A stretch of 52,305 nucleotides of DNA from contig JAQUNI010000001.1 in NCBI GenBank assembly GCA_028717685.1, forward strand, positions 1 through 52,305, written 5' to 3'. Of this stretch, positions 17,461 through 26,543 are shown piece after piece. The position numbers and the translations under genes are program-made. The first letter of the stretch is position 1. Each line of letters starts with the position of its first letter. Under the pieces are notes generated by a model. That model worked only from the letters and a program-made list of their open reading frames with translations, was not told where the DNA came from and did not search any database. The DNA is from Patescibacteria group bacterium. GTDB taxonomy: Bacteria; Patescibacteriota; JAQUNI01.

Positions 17461-18627
17461 TTATTCAGAGACCTGAAAATATAATTCTAAAACCACACCA
17501 AGAATTAAAACTCCTAACAAAACATAAGGCATCCAGTGAGAAAAAGGCAGGCGATAAGAAACCCTCTTTTTCCCTTTGCGCCGCGCGGCGTAAAAAAGCT
17601 TAATCATCAAGACGCCCTCAATTCCAACAATAAAAACACCTATTAAAGAAATAATCCCTATAAAATCCCGCGCTCCCACCAAAAATAAACACAGCGGAAC
17701 AATAAGGGTAATAAAGGTTGCTAAATGCTGATTTATTTTATAATCATACCAAAGAATTTTTTTAAAATTTGATCCTATAGTGAAAAAAGAAGTCATTATA
17801 GCCAAAAAACCCAAAAAGGCGCCAAAAATCACCACCCATTTGCCTAAAAATAATTCTAAAGCCGAAATCGCATCCTTGGTTACGGCTGGACCAGCTATCC
17901 CAATGACAAGGACTGCGAAAAAGAAAAAAACAAATAAAGGCACTAAGGTACCGATGACAATTGCTCTTTTAATCTTGAAGGGTTTTCTTTTTAATACTTC
18001 CACTATCTCCGGCACAGCGCATCCCCCGCTTAAAGAAAATAAAACTGCTCCATAAGGAAAGAAGAAGTCAGCCACACTCACTTTGGCTAGATTACCTGCC
18101 TGAACATAAGGCAACCCCCAAAATCCCAAAATGACAATCATTAAAAAAAGGAGCAAACCAACTAAAATCAAATTTATTTTATCCAGTAATTTGACCCCGA
18201 AGATAACGCCAGGAGCGAGGAGGGCGAAAAAAAATAAAGTATAAATTTCTACCGAGCCTCCTAACCAGAAATGGAAAATATTCTGGAGGAAAACGCCGCC
18301 AAGAACTAAATAAGCAAGCAGAGTGCCAATATGCCCAAATGCACTCATTACGGTGGCAAAAATTTGGACTTTGCGGGAAAAATATTTTTTGATGAAGCCG
18401 ATATAGCGCCGTTTACCCGGCGTACGCAACACAACCTCTCCATAAAGCAAATGCAAATAAAGGGTGAGACAGCCTCCCAAAAATAACAAAAGCGCGCCCA
18501 AAAAAAAGCCGCTTTTCTCCATCGCGTAAGGAAGACCGAATATACCCGCGCCGATAATGGTGCCTACAAGAAGCGAGACAGCGTACCAAAAAGTTTTATT
18601 TTTCATGAATTTAGAATCAAGAAGCAA
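17461..18627 (-). CDS. Amino acid permease (aromatic amino acid/APC-superfamily type)
   Basis: 388 aa with about 11 TM helices. The N-terminal GTIIGAGIFGLP motif is typical of amino-acid transporters. Confidence 0.75.
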   Translation of the reverse strand: MLLDSKFMKNKTFWYAVSLLVGTIIGAGIFGLPYAMEKSGFFLGALLLFLGGCLTLYLHLLYGEVVLRTPGKRRYIGFIKKYFSRKVQIFATVMSAFGHIGTLLAYLVLGGVFLQNIFHFWLGGSVEIYTLFFFALLAPGVIFGVKLLDKINLILVGLLLFLMIVILGFWGLPYVQAGNLAKVSVADFFFPYGAVLFSLSGGCAVPEIVEVLKRKPFKIKRAIVIGTLVPLFVFFFFAVLVIGIAGPAVTKDAISALELFLGKWVVIFGAFLGFLAIMTSFFTIGSNFKKILWYDYKINQHLATFITLIVPLCLFLVGARDFIGIISLIGVFIVGIEGVLMIKLFYAARRKGKKRVSYRLPFSHWMPYVLLGVLILGVVLELYFQVSE

Positions 18628-18831
18628 GAATCAAGGAGCGATTTGATTTTACCATATTTAAGTCTCATTTCAAAACCTTAATTCTTAATTCGTAATTCTT
18701 GCTTCTGATTAAAAGTGGATAACCCTCTATCCCCTATTTTAAAAATATGCTATAGTGATATGATTTCTTGATACTTATCCACAACTTTTAGAAACAAAAT
18801 AAAATAATTCCTCCTTCCTTTGATAATTTAT

Positions 18832-18859
18832 CCCGTTAGAAATAAATTTCTAACCAGGG
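18832..18859 (-). repeat. Family-A palindromic repeat (inverted orientation)
   Basis: CCCGTTAGAAATAAATTTCTAACCAGGG. Confidence 0.8.
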
Positions 18860-18903
18860 TTTACAAAGGAAGGAAACGGGAAATAGAAAGGAGGTGATTA
18901 TTC

Positions 18904-19719
18904 TTGGATAACAATACTCTCTTTAATGAAGAAGACGACAAAAAAGAAAAAGATTCAAAAAAAGATGAGATTGAAGACGAGTTAAATTTAGAAGAAGGAG
19001 AAGAGGATATCATTCCGATTGAAGAAACCGGCGGGGGCGGACGTAAAATTCTTTGGACCATCGTTGTCTTGATTATTATTGGGTTAGGCATTTATTCTTT
19101 CGCGAAAAGAGAGCAAATCAGAGAAAGCCTGAAGAGCCAAACAGGCGAAGACCAAACAGGAGAACTAGGAGCAGCTTCTGAAACAACTCTAGAAAAATTT
19201 ACCTGGGAGAATCAAGATCAAAACACAGGTGAAACTCAAGCCAAGACTAGCATCCAAGAGGAGGACAATAAAATTGTCACCACGGAAACCGAACCGCCAA
19301 AACTAGAAGAATTTACTGCCAATGGAGAAGAAGGTACGGATGGATCCGCAGACACCCAGACGGAAGTGAAAGAAGAAGTGACCGCAAACGCGCAAGAAAA
19401 TACCCCACCCGCTATAGAAAGCCAAGAAGATAAATTTGTCGTTGCCGCGCAAAAAGGAGAAGGGATCACCAATCTTGCCCGCCGCGCCCTCAAAGAATAT
19501 CTGGATAAGACCAACCGCGGAGGAGAACTCAATGCCGAACAAAAAATTTACATTGAGGATTATCTCCAAAACAAAACTGGCACCGAAAGGCTGGGAATCA
19601 ATGAAACGCGAACGTTTACGGTGGGAATGATGGAAGAATCTATCAATGCCGCAAAACAGCTCAATGAAAAACAACTTAAAAATTTGGAAAAATATTCAAA
19701 GCTTGTTTATTCCGAATGA
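18904..19719 (+). CDS. Acidic membrane-anchored hypothetical protein
   Basis: 271 aa with a TTG start in the track, an acidic low-complexity N-terminus, one TM helix and an E/T/Q-rich region. Confidence 0.55.
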   Translation: MDNNTLFNEEDDKKEKDSKKDEIEDELNLEEGEEDIIPIEETGGGGRKILWTIVVLIIIGLGIYSFAKREQIRESLKSQTGEDQTGELGAASETTLEKFTWENQDQNTGETQAKTSIQEEDNKIVTTETEPPKLEEFTANGEEGTDGSADTQTEVKEEVTANAQENTPPAIESQEDKFVVAAQKGEGITNLARRALKEYLDKTNRGGELNAEQKIYIEDYLQNKTGTERLGINETRTFTVGMMEESINAAKQLNEKQLKNLEKYSKLVYSE

Positions 19720-19888
19720 AAATATAAAAAACCGTAATGGAGCCTGTTTTAAAATGGGTTCCATAAAATAAAAAAGCCCTCCACTTAAAAAATGGAGGGG
19801 CAGAAAATAAAAAGCAGCCGCTCGCGAAAAGGCATGCCAAAAACCGCGGGCGGTTTTGTTTTCACCCCCTATGGTATAGATGGGGGTA

Positions 19889-20512
19889 CTATTTTAAAAC
19901 AGAAAACTGTTTCTCCTTACTTGAGATGAGATCTGCCAGGGAATCAATAATCTCCTCTGATTTTACACCTAGCTTCAGAAAATCTTCTCTTTTCATATAA
20001 CTGGAGGTAATCATTAGTACCCCCACGCCAGCAGCTTTCCCTGCCATAAAATCAGATTTATAACTATCGCCAATCAGGAGAATCTCGCTAGGCTTGATGG
20101 GCCATTGCTGCAAAATAGGATCAAAAACCCGGGGGTCAGGCTTCTTAAAGTCGTCGTCACGGGTAATAATAATGTCAAAAACATTCAGATCTAAACCTAA
20201 GCGCCGAGCATGCCACCTCAAAATCTTTGAACTGCGGACAGTAACTATCCCCAATAAATATTCTTCTCTTTTTAAGTAAGATATCACATCAATGGCACCA
20301 GGGATTAAATCCTTCCTTGATGTTCCTAAGGGCAAAGAAAGATAAGCGCTAACCTCTTGCAAAAACAAATAAATAACCAGAGGGATATTCTTTAAGGTCT
20401 TCCATAATCCTAAACGATAAGCCGTTTTGAAACAAAGCCCTAAAGAATTGGTCAAAAAGAGCCGCAACACTCCATCAAAATCAAACAGGGTAATTTTTAT
20501 TTCCTGATTCAC
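19889..20512 (-). CDS. HAD-superfamily hydrolase
   Basis: 207 aa with motif I LFDFDGVL (DxD) and motif IV LIGDSYKSD. Confidence 0.75.
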   Translation of the reverse strand: MNQEIKITLFDFDGVLRLFLTNSLGLCFKTAYRLGLWKTLKNIPLVIYLFLQEVSAYLSLPLGTSRKDLIPGAIDVISYLKREEYLLGIVTVRSSKILRWHARRLGLDLNVFDIIITRDDDFKKPDPRVFDPILQQWPIKPSEILLIGDSYKSDFMAGKAAGVGVLMITSSYMKREDFLKLGVKSEEIIDSLADLISSKEKQFSVLK

Positions 20513-20651
20513 GCTAAACCTCCTTCCTTTAGGACATCAATAGTTTCCGTTTTAAAAAATAAAGAACAATAAACAAGAAGATAATATAATAGCTCAAAAA
20601 GAACTAAGAATCAATAGAATTCGGATTCTTAATTATTTTTGAGCTTTTAGA

Positions 20652-21695
20652 TTATTTTTGTTGAGTCCCGCGGCTTTTTTTCAACACAGCGCCAGTAATA
20701 AGAAGAATGATGGAAAAACCAATAATAGCTCCAGCCTCAACTGATTTGAATAAATTAAATCGTCCAAATATATCCGAAAAAATCGAACCAACGCTGTCCG
20801 ATATGGCAGGATCTAACGCAATCGGCGTTTGAAATAATTTCAGAATATCGGATATTTTGATACTGACAGCGAAAATATAAGAACATAAAGAAAGAAGGAA
20901 AATTGGCAGACTGCTAACCAAAAGAACAATGCCAATTTTCTTTAAGACTGCGGCAAAGGGCCGCCAAGTTAAAAGCCCAATGGAAACTAAAAGGATAACT
21001 AAAACGACTGTGGCAAGATTAAGGATAAAAAATCCTAAATGTATATAATCTCGAAATTTATTTAAACCTGACATTACAAGCTCTTGAGGGTTGGCGCTGC
21101 CGGCAGAGGCAGCTGTTTTATTTTGATTCAAGTTGAGCAAGTCAAAAGTATCAGGAATATCTTTGAGGCTAGAGGCGGAAACCGTCTCATTCACAAGTTT
21201 ATCTAAATCAGCGTCTTTCATATTAGAAGGAAGACAACCAGTCGGTTTCCCTTGAGAGGATTTCAACTGGCTAGGGGTGCACTGCGGCAATTGAAGCAAA
21301 GTTTGTTTCTGCATCTTTTGCAGTTCTGGTTGCGCGGCTTGTTTTAACCCCTTCAGGGAGATTGCGAGGTCAAGACTAGAATCGTCAGAATAAAGCCAGG
21401 CAAAAAAATTGTCCACCACTCTTACCACCTCTTTTTCCAAGCCCGCTTTACTAATTATGTTAGTTAATGCCTGACCTATAGCGTCACTCCCTTGCGGCGT
21501 CCCTTCAGTTTGACTTTTTTGCAAGGAGCTAACAATTAAAGAAGTAAGTGCGTTCGTGATCCGACCTTGCTCCAAGAGTTCTTCATAAATTCCGGGCTTC
21601 AAGAAGACATATTTGACATTGTAGCCATAGAGAACGAGCGCAAAGAGAAAAAAGAAAATGATACTTAATAAAACGGCGACGATTTTGCGAAACAT
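20652..21695 (-). CDS. Hypothetical membrane protein
   Basis: 347 aa with an N-terminal TM helix, an extracytoplasmic domain and a C-terminal cluster of TM helices. Confidence 0.6.
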   Translation of the reverse strand: MFRKIVAVLLSIIFFFLFALVLYGYNVKYVFLKPGIYEELLEQGRITNALTSLIVSSLQKSQTEGTPQGSDAIGQALTNIISKAGLEKEVVRVVDNFFAWLYSDDSSLDLAISLKGLKQAAQPELQKMQKQTLLQLPQCTPSQLKSSQGKPTGCLPSNMKDADLDKLVNETVSASSLKDIPDTFDLLNLNQNKTAASAGSANPQELVMSGLNKFRDYIHLGFFILNLATVVLVILLVSIGLLTWRPFAAVLKKIGIVLLVSSLPIFLLSLCSYIFAVSIKISDILKLFQTPIALDPAISDSVGSIFSDIFGRFNLFKSVEAGAIIGFSIILLITGAVLKKSRGTQQK

Positions 21696-21814
21696 AAGTT
21701 TTTTTTATTTTTTATTTTAAAAATTAAGCTTTGTTTTTATTATAGCACGAAAAATGATTTTCAAAAAATTATTTACCCCATTAGAGAAAACCGTTAGGGA
21801 ACTAAGTTCTCTAA

Positions 21815-21843
21815 CCCCGTTTAGAAATTTATTTCTAATGGGG
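21815..21843 (+). repeat. Family-A palindromic repeat
   Basis: CCCCGTTTAGAAATTTATTTCTAATGGGG, immediately downstream of the second MacB-type permease. Confidence 0.85.
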
Positions 21844-21853
21844 CTAACGGGGT

Positions 21854-23101
21854 TTACTCATAGCGCAGCGCCTCTATGGGATTCAGAGCTGCGGCGCGGC
21901 GAGCAGGATAAAGACCGAAAATTAAACCTACGGCAGCGGCAACGCTCACGGCTAAAATAATGGACATCAAAGGCACAGAGAAAACCCAATCCGCGTACCC
22001 AAGACTTTTAATGATAATGGAGGCAACCAAAGAAAAGAGAGCGCCTAAAATAATCCCGCCGATTCCCCCCAAAACCGTGAGCATTACCGACTCCAATAAA
22101 AATTGGGTTAAAATATCAGAATTAGTCGCGCCGAGAGCTTTGCGCAATCCGATTTCCCGCGTCCGTTCGGTAACCGAAACAAGCATAATATTCATAATCC
22201 CGATCCCGCCAACCACTAAAGAAATGGCGGCAATGGAAGAAAGCATGATAGATAAGGCGCCCATAACCTGCGAGAGCATATCTTGCGCTTGCGCTTGCGT
22301 CCCCGTATGAAAATCATCCTTGGATGGATCGCTACTGGGGTTATCAATTTTATGCTGGGCGCGCATTGTCCATTGGATATCTTGTTCCGCCTCACTGACC
22401 ACATCCTTGCTTCGCGCTTCGGCAATAAAAGCTAAAAGATAATCAATACCCAGAAGTTTCTTTTGGGCAGTCAAAAGAGGAATATAAATTTGACTATCCT
22501 GACTTTGGAAACTAGCGCTTCCTATTTTTTCCAGTACGCCAATTACCTCAAAATTCTTGCCTTTGATTTTTACTTTTTTACCTAGAGGATCCTGGTCATT
22601 AAATAAATCTTCTTTAATTTGAGCCCCCAAAACCACGACTTGGGCTTCAGATTTCACCTCATCAGAGGTAAAGAAACGTCCCGCGACAACCTTTAAATCC
22701 GATATTTTTTCCATATCCGCGTCCACCCCAATAAAGGTTGCCCCAACATCATTATTTTCATAAACAACCTGACTTTTGCCAGGAATGTAGCCTGAAACCG
22801 CGGCAATTAAATTCAACTTCCTGACTGCTTCCACGTCTTTATTTTTAATCGTGGTCAGATTAATTCCACTCATCATATCCGGCGGCCCATTTTTATTTAA
22901 AGCCCCCGGCTCAACAATAATATTAGCTGCCCCAAAACCCTGAATTTGATTTAGAATAAACCCCTCGGCGCCAGAGCCAATAGACATAATTAAAATCACG
23001 GAGGTAATGCCGATAATAATTCCGAGCATAGTTAAGGCACTCCGAGATTTATTGCGGGTCAGGGCGTGGGTGGAAGTTTTTAGGGTATCAAATATTTTCA
23101 T
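21854..23101 (-). CDS. ABC transporter permease (MacB/FtsX type), paralogue of 11301..12521
   Basis: 415 aa with the same architecture and an identical C-terminus (ERTREIGLRKALGA...LNPIEALRYE). Confidence 0.95.
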   Translation of the reverse strand: MKIFDTLKTSTHALTRNKSRSALTMLGIIIGITSVILIMSIGSGAEGFILNQIQGFGAANIIVEPGALNKNGPPDMMSGINLTTIKNKDVEAVRKLNLIAAVSGYIPGKSQVVYENNDVGATFIGVDADMEKISDLKVVAGRFFTSDEVKSEAQVVVLGAQIKEDLFNDQDPLGKKVKIKGKNFEVIGVLEKIGSASFQSQDSQIYIPLLTAQKKLLGIDYLLAFIAEARSKDVVSEAEQDIQWTMRAQHKIDNPSSDPSKDDFHTGTQAQAQDMLSQVMGALSIMLSSIAAISLVVGGIGIMNIMLVSVTERTREIGLRKALGATNSDILTQFLLESVMLTVLGGIGGIILGALFSLVASIIIKSLGYADWVFSVPLMSIILAVSVAAAVGLIFGLYPARRAAALNPIEALRYE

Positions 23102-23243
23102 AGATTATTTTAATTTAGAGTAAGCAGCGTGAAATAATTTTTAATTTTTATTTCTTAATTTTTAACTAATTTTTGTTGAGTTATTGAATTATTGTCTTAT
23201 TTATAATGACAATAGAAATTAGTCAAAAATCAAAAATTAAGAA

Positions 23244-23930
23244 CTAAAAATTTTGATGGTTCTTTACGTCGCTTTCTATTTCTCCGTCTCTTAAGTGAAT
23301 AAGTCTTTTCGCATGTCCAGCATCTTCTGGGTCGTGAGTGACCATAATAATCGTCCTGCCTTCCTGATTTAATTTTTGCAAAAGATGTAAAATCTGATCT
23401 GAATTTTTACTGTCTAAATTGCCCGTCGGCTCATCCGCGAAAATCACACTCGGATTAGTAACGAGCGCGCGGGCAATCGCTACCCTTTGCGCTTCTCCGC
23501 CGGATAACTGGTTGGACAAATTATTCAGGCGAAACCCTAAATTCACTTTGAGAGCGGCTACTCTGGCTAAATCGTCCCTATCTTTTGCCTTAGAATAAAT
23601 GAGGGGCAGCTTAATATTTTCTAAAACCGTAGTTCGAGGCAATAAATTAAAAGCTTGAAAAATAAACCCTACTTTTTCATTACGCAAATGAGCCAAGGAT
23701 TCATCATCCAATCCCTCACTGCTTTGGCCGCCAAAAATATATTGACCTTCGCTTGGACGATCTAAAAAACCCATAATGTGCATTAAGGTAGACTTGCCGG
23801 AACCGGAAGGGCCCATAATGGCGACAAATTCACCCTCTCCGATTTTAAGGTTAATATTATGCAGAGCGATAGTGGCCACGCCTTCGTTTTGATAAATTTT
23901 ACTTAGATTTTTTAGCGCAATCAAAGACAT
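23244..23930 (-). CDS. ABC transporter ATP-binding protein (MacB/LolD type)
   Basis: Walker [10 protein letters not shown], signature [15 protein letters not shown], Walker [12 protein letters not shown]. Confidence 0.95.
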   Translation of the reverse strand: MSLIALKNLSKIYQNEGVATIALHNINLKIGEGEFVAIMGPSGSGKSTLMHIMGFLDRPSEGQYIFGGQSSEGLDDESLAHLRNEKVGFIFQAFNLLPRTTVLENIKLPLIYSKAKDRDDLARVAALKVNLGFRLNNLSNQLSGGEAQRVAIARALVTNPSVIFADEPTGNLDSKNSDQILHLLQKLNQEGRTIIMVTHDPEDAGHAKRLIHLRDGEIESDVKNHQNF

Positions 23931-24095
23931 AAATTGTTAAATTCCAAATTCAAAATTCTCTCGCTCCGCGAGATCTGGCGAAGCCAGACAAATAAATTCA
24001 AAATTCCAATTTCCAAAATCCAAAACAAAGCAGTTCTGAATTTTAGTATCGTGATTATTTTGGAACTTGAGATTTTGGGTCTAGGATTCCAAATT

Positions 24096-25433
24096 TTATT
24101 GCTTAACAAACGTTATCACTTCATCTCCTTCTTTTAAGCCTTCTAAAATTTCAATTCTGCCGCCATCACCCTTTAAGCCTGTTTGAACGAAAATTTGTTT
24201 ATTGGGTTTATCTTCTCCTTCCCATATCTCAACATATTTTTTTCCATCTTGCTCTTTCACGGCGCGCAATGGCACACTTAGAACATTCTTTTTTTCTAAG
24301 ATTTTAACATTGATATCCGCGCTCATACCGGAACGGGTTAATTTTCCAGGATCTTGAAAATTAATCTTAATTTTGTAGTAGGTTACGCCTTCAATAATCG
24401 TCTCGGCTGGCTCAATAGAGGCAACCTGACCACTAAAAGTTTGGTCTGGAACAGCATCCAAAGTAATTTCGCATTCCTGACCTGTCTTGACCGCGTTAAT
24501 ATCGCTCTCGGGCACCTCTGCTTCAATCTCCCGCTCTTGCGCAATCAGAGTCATTATTGGCGAAAACGCAGAGGCTATCTCTCCCTCCTCAACATTAATC
24601 TTGCTTACAATACCAGCAATAGGGCTCACAAACGAATTTTTCGTTATCTGCAACTGTGCTAATTCTAAAGCTATCCGATCATAATCCACTTGGTGCAAAA
24701 GATTGGATTTTTCCCAGTTTTGGGCTAAAGCCTTCTGCCGTTCTAAAGCTTCGCGCGCTTGTTCTTGTCTATACCACGCATCATCCTCCGCTTGTTTAGT
24801 GGTTAATTCCAAAGTCGCTAAGGCTTCACGCGTTTTGCGCTCTTGGGCTTGAATATTGGTAAGATTGGTCCGCGCCAAATCGCGCAGGGTGAGAGTAGTA
24901 TCACCATCCTCATAATCCTTTTCAATATCATTAAAATACTCTTGATAATCACGCGTATAATTTTCTGCTTCTTCCAAGCTCACCTCTCCCTCGCGAAGAT
25001 CGCGTTTGTTCTTCTCTTGAAGATTAAGATAACTTTGATGAGCCTCATTATAAGTCGTTTCCGCGACCAGCAAGTCATTGGTTTGCGCCATCGCAAGATT
25101 ACTTTTCGCCAGATTCAAACTGGCTTGCACCTGCTCCAGACGGAGAGCTTCTTCGCGGTTATCTAATTGAATTAAGGGCTGTCCTGCTTTCACTTCATCG
25201 CCTACTTTCACGTTCATCTTTTTCACCACGCCCGTATTTTCAAAAGACAATTCCAAAACTTTTTGCGGCTTCACCGTGCCATTAACACTTACGGTTTGTT
25301 TCAAATCCCCCGCCGCCGCTTTTTCCACAGAATATTGAGGTTGCTTTTGAGGACGCAAAAAAATCGCGGCTAATATACCGCCAATAACCAAAACGATAAT
25401 AACCAGCATAATCCATTTAGTGCGTTTTTTCAT
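24096..25433 (-). CDS. HlyD/MacA-type periplasmic adaptor
   Basis: 445 aa with an N-terminal TM helix, a lipoyl motif (NGTVKPQKVLELSFENTGVV), a coiled coil and a beta-barrel (VSPIAGIVSKINVEEGE). Confidence 0.85.
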   Translation of the reverse strand: MKKRTKWIMLVIIVLVIGGILAAIFLRPQKQPQYSVEKAAAGDLKQTVSVNGTVKPQKVLELSFENTGVVKKMNVKVGDEVKAGQPLIQLDNREEALRLEQVQASLNLAKSNLAMAQTNDLLVAETTYNEAHQSYLNLQEKNKRDLREGEVSLEEAENYTRDYQEYFNDIEKDYEDGDTTLTLRDLARTNLTNIQAQERKTREALATLELTTKQAEDDAWYRQEQAREALERQKALAQNWEKSNLLHQVDYDRIALELAQLQITKNSFVSPIAGIVSKINVEEGEIASAFSPIMTLIAQEREIEAEVPESDINAVKTGQECEITLDAVPDQTFSGQVASIEPAETIIEGVTYYKIKINFQDPGKLTRSGMSADINVKILEKKNVLSVPLRAVKEQDGKKYVEIWEGEDKPNKQIFVQTGLKGDGGRIEILEGLKEGDEVITFVKQ

Positions 25434-25506
25434 CTTTTTAAATAGATAATACTAAGTATCTAAGATAGCATTTTTGGCTATTTTAGTCAACCCCTCACCC
25501 ACCTTT

Positions 25507-25551
25507 CGTCATTGCGAGGAGGACTTTCAAAGCCCGACGAAGCAATCTCAT
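25507..25551 (+). repeat. Family-C repeat (short copy)
   Basis: CGTCATTGCGAGGAGG...CGACGAAGCAATCTCAT. Confidence 0.75.
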
Positions 25552-25570
25552 TAAACGATATTTATGCCTA

Positions 25571-25622
25571 ATTTATAAAATTGTTTCGTCGTCACTCAAT
25601 AAGCTCGGGACTCATCGCTAAT
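25571..25622 (-). repeat. Family-C-related repeat (inverted, diverged)
   Basis: AAGCTCGGGACTCATCGCTAAT resembles the reverse complement of 3541-3565 (CGTCATTGCGAGGAGTCCCGAGCTT). Confidence 0.55.
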
Positions 25623-25685
25623 AGACACAAGGTAAGGGATTAAACAAAAAAGAGGCTGGTTTTCAGACTCCCTTATTCTCTTTTT

Positions 25686-26513
25686 TTAAAAATCCACTTT
25701 AAATCCTCCGCTTTCAATAATCTTTTTAGGATTTAAAAATAATTTTTCTTTTAACTGCGCTTCGGAGAGTGCTCCTTCTAAAACTAAACCATAGGAAAGA
25801 GGGAGGAAAGAGGAAAAATTGGCAATGCCCGTTTTGCGCGGCAGGGGAGCATAATCACTCGCAATAACGTCAATCGTGCCGTCGGCTAGCCCTTTTTTCA
25901 CTGCCTCAATGTCTTCCTTCAATCCTAAAGGAGGATTCACTTTCACGTCTAAATCATCTTTAGTGTAGGTGAAATAATGGGGACAGGTTTCGCAGGTTAT
26001 TTTTAAGCCTTGCTTCTTGGCGCGGCGAATTAAAATCACACTCCCCTTTTTGCTAACGTGCTGAATATGGAGCCTGCCGCCAACTTTTTTTAGAACCATT
26101 AAATATTTTTTTATAAACTCTGTTTCCAGATAAGGTCTTTTTAATCCTACCTTATAAGATGGACTGCAATGAGCCATCACTAAAACCCCTTTTCGCAAAA
26201 TTACTGTTAACAAATTAAGGTTGGCTAAGTAATTTCCATCATCGCTAAATCCAACTACAGAGGATTTTATTTTATCTACTGCCACTAGCCTTTTGCCGGA
26301 CAAATTTTTGGTGATTGCGCTTACAGGCAATGCTTCGCAATATCTTTTTTTCTTTAAAGACCGCTTGATAGCCGCCAAATTATCCAAGGGAGGATCAGTA
26401 TTGGCCATATAAATAACAACGTCAATACCGCACATTTTAGCAATTCTGGTGTGCCCTGCGATATCATTTCTTAAATGAGCATGAAGATCAATGACCGGAT
26501 AACCTAGAAACAT
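25686..26513 (-). CDS. Short dihydroorotase-like amidohydrolase
   Basis: 275 aa with DLHAHLR (HxH metal motif) and VKVNPPLGLKEDIEAVKKGLADGTIDVIASDYAP, which resembles the DHOase ...NPPLR...DGTID..TDHAP block with His replaced by Tyr. It lacks the N- and C-terminal composite domain. Confidence 0.65.
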   Translation of the reverse strand: MFLGYPVIDLHAHLRNDIAGHTRIAKMCGIDVVIYMANTDPPLDNLAAIKRSLKKKRYCEALPVSAITKNLSGKRLVAVDKIKSSVVGFSDDGNYLANLNLLTVILRKGVLVMAHCSPSYKVGLKRPYLETEFIKKYLMVLKKVGGRLHIQHVSKKGSVILIRRAKKQGLKITCETCPHYFTYTKDDLDVKVNPPLGLKEDIEAVKKGLADGTIDVIASDYAPLPRKTGIANFSSFLPLSYGLVLEGALSEAQLKEKLFLNPKKIIESGGFKVDF

Positions 26514-26543
26514 AATTTGTTAAAAATATTAAAGATTGGAATT

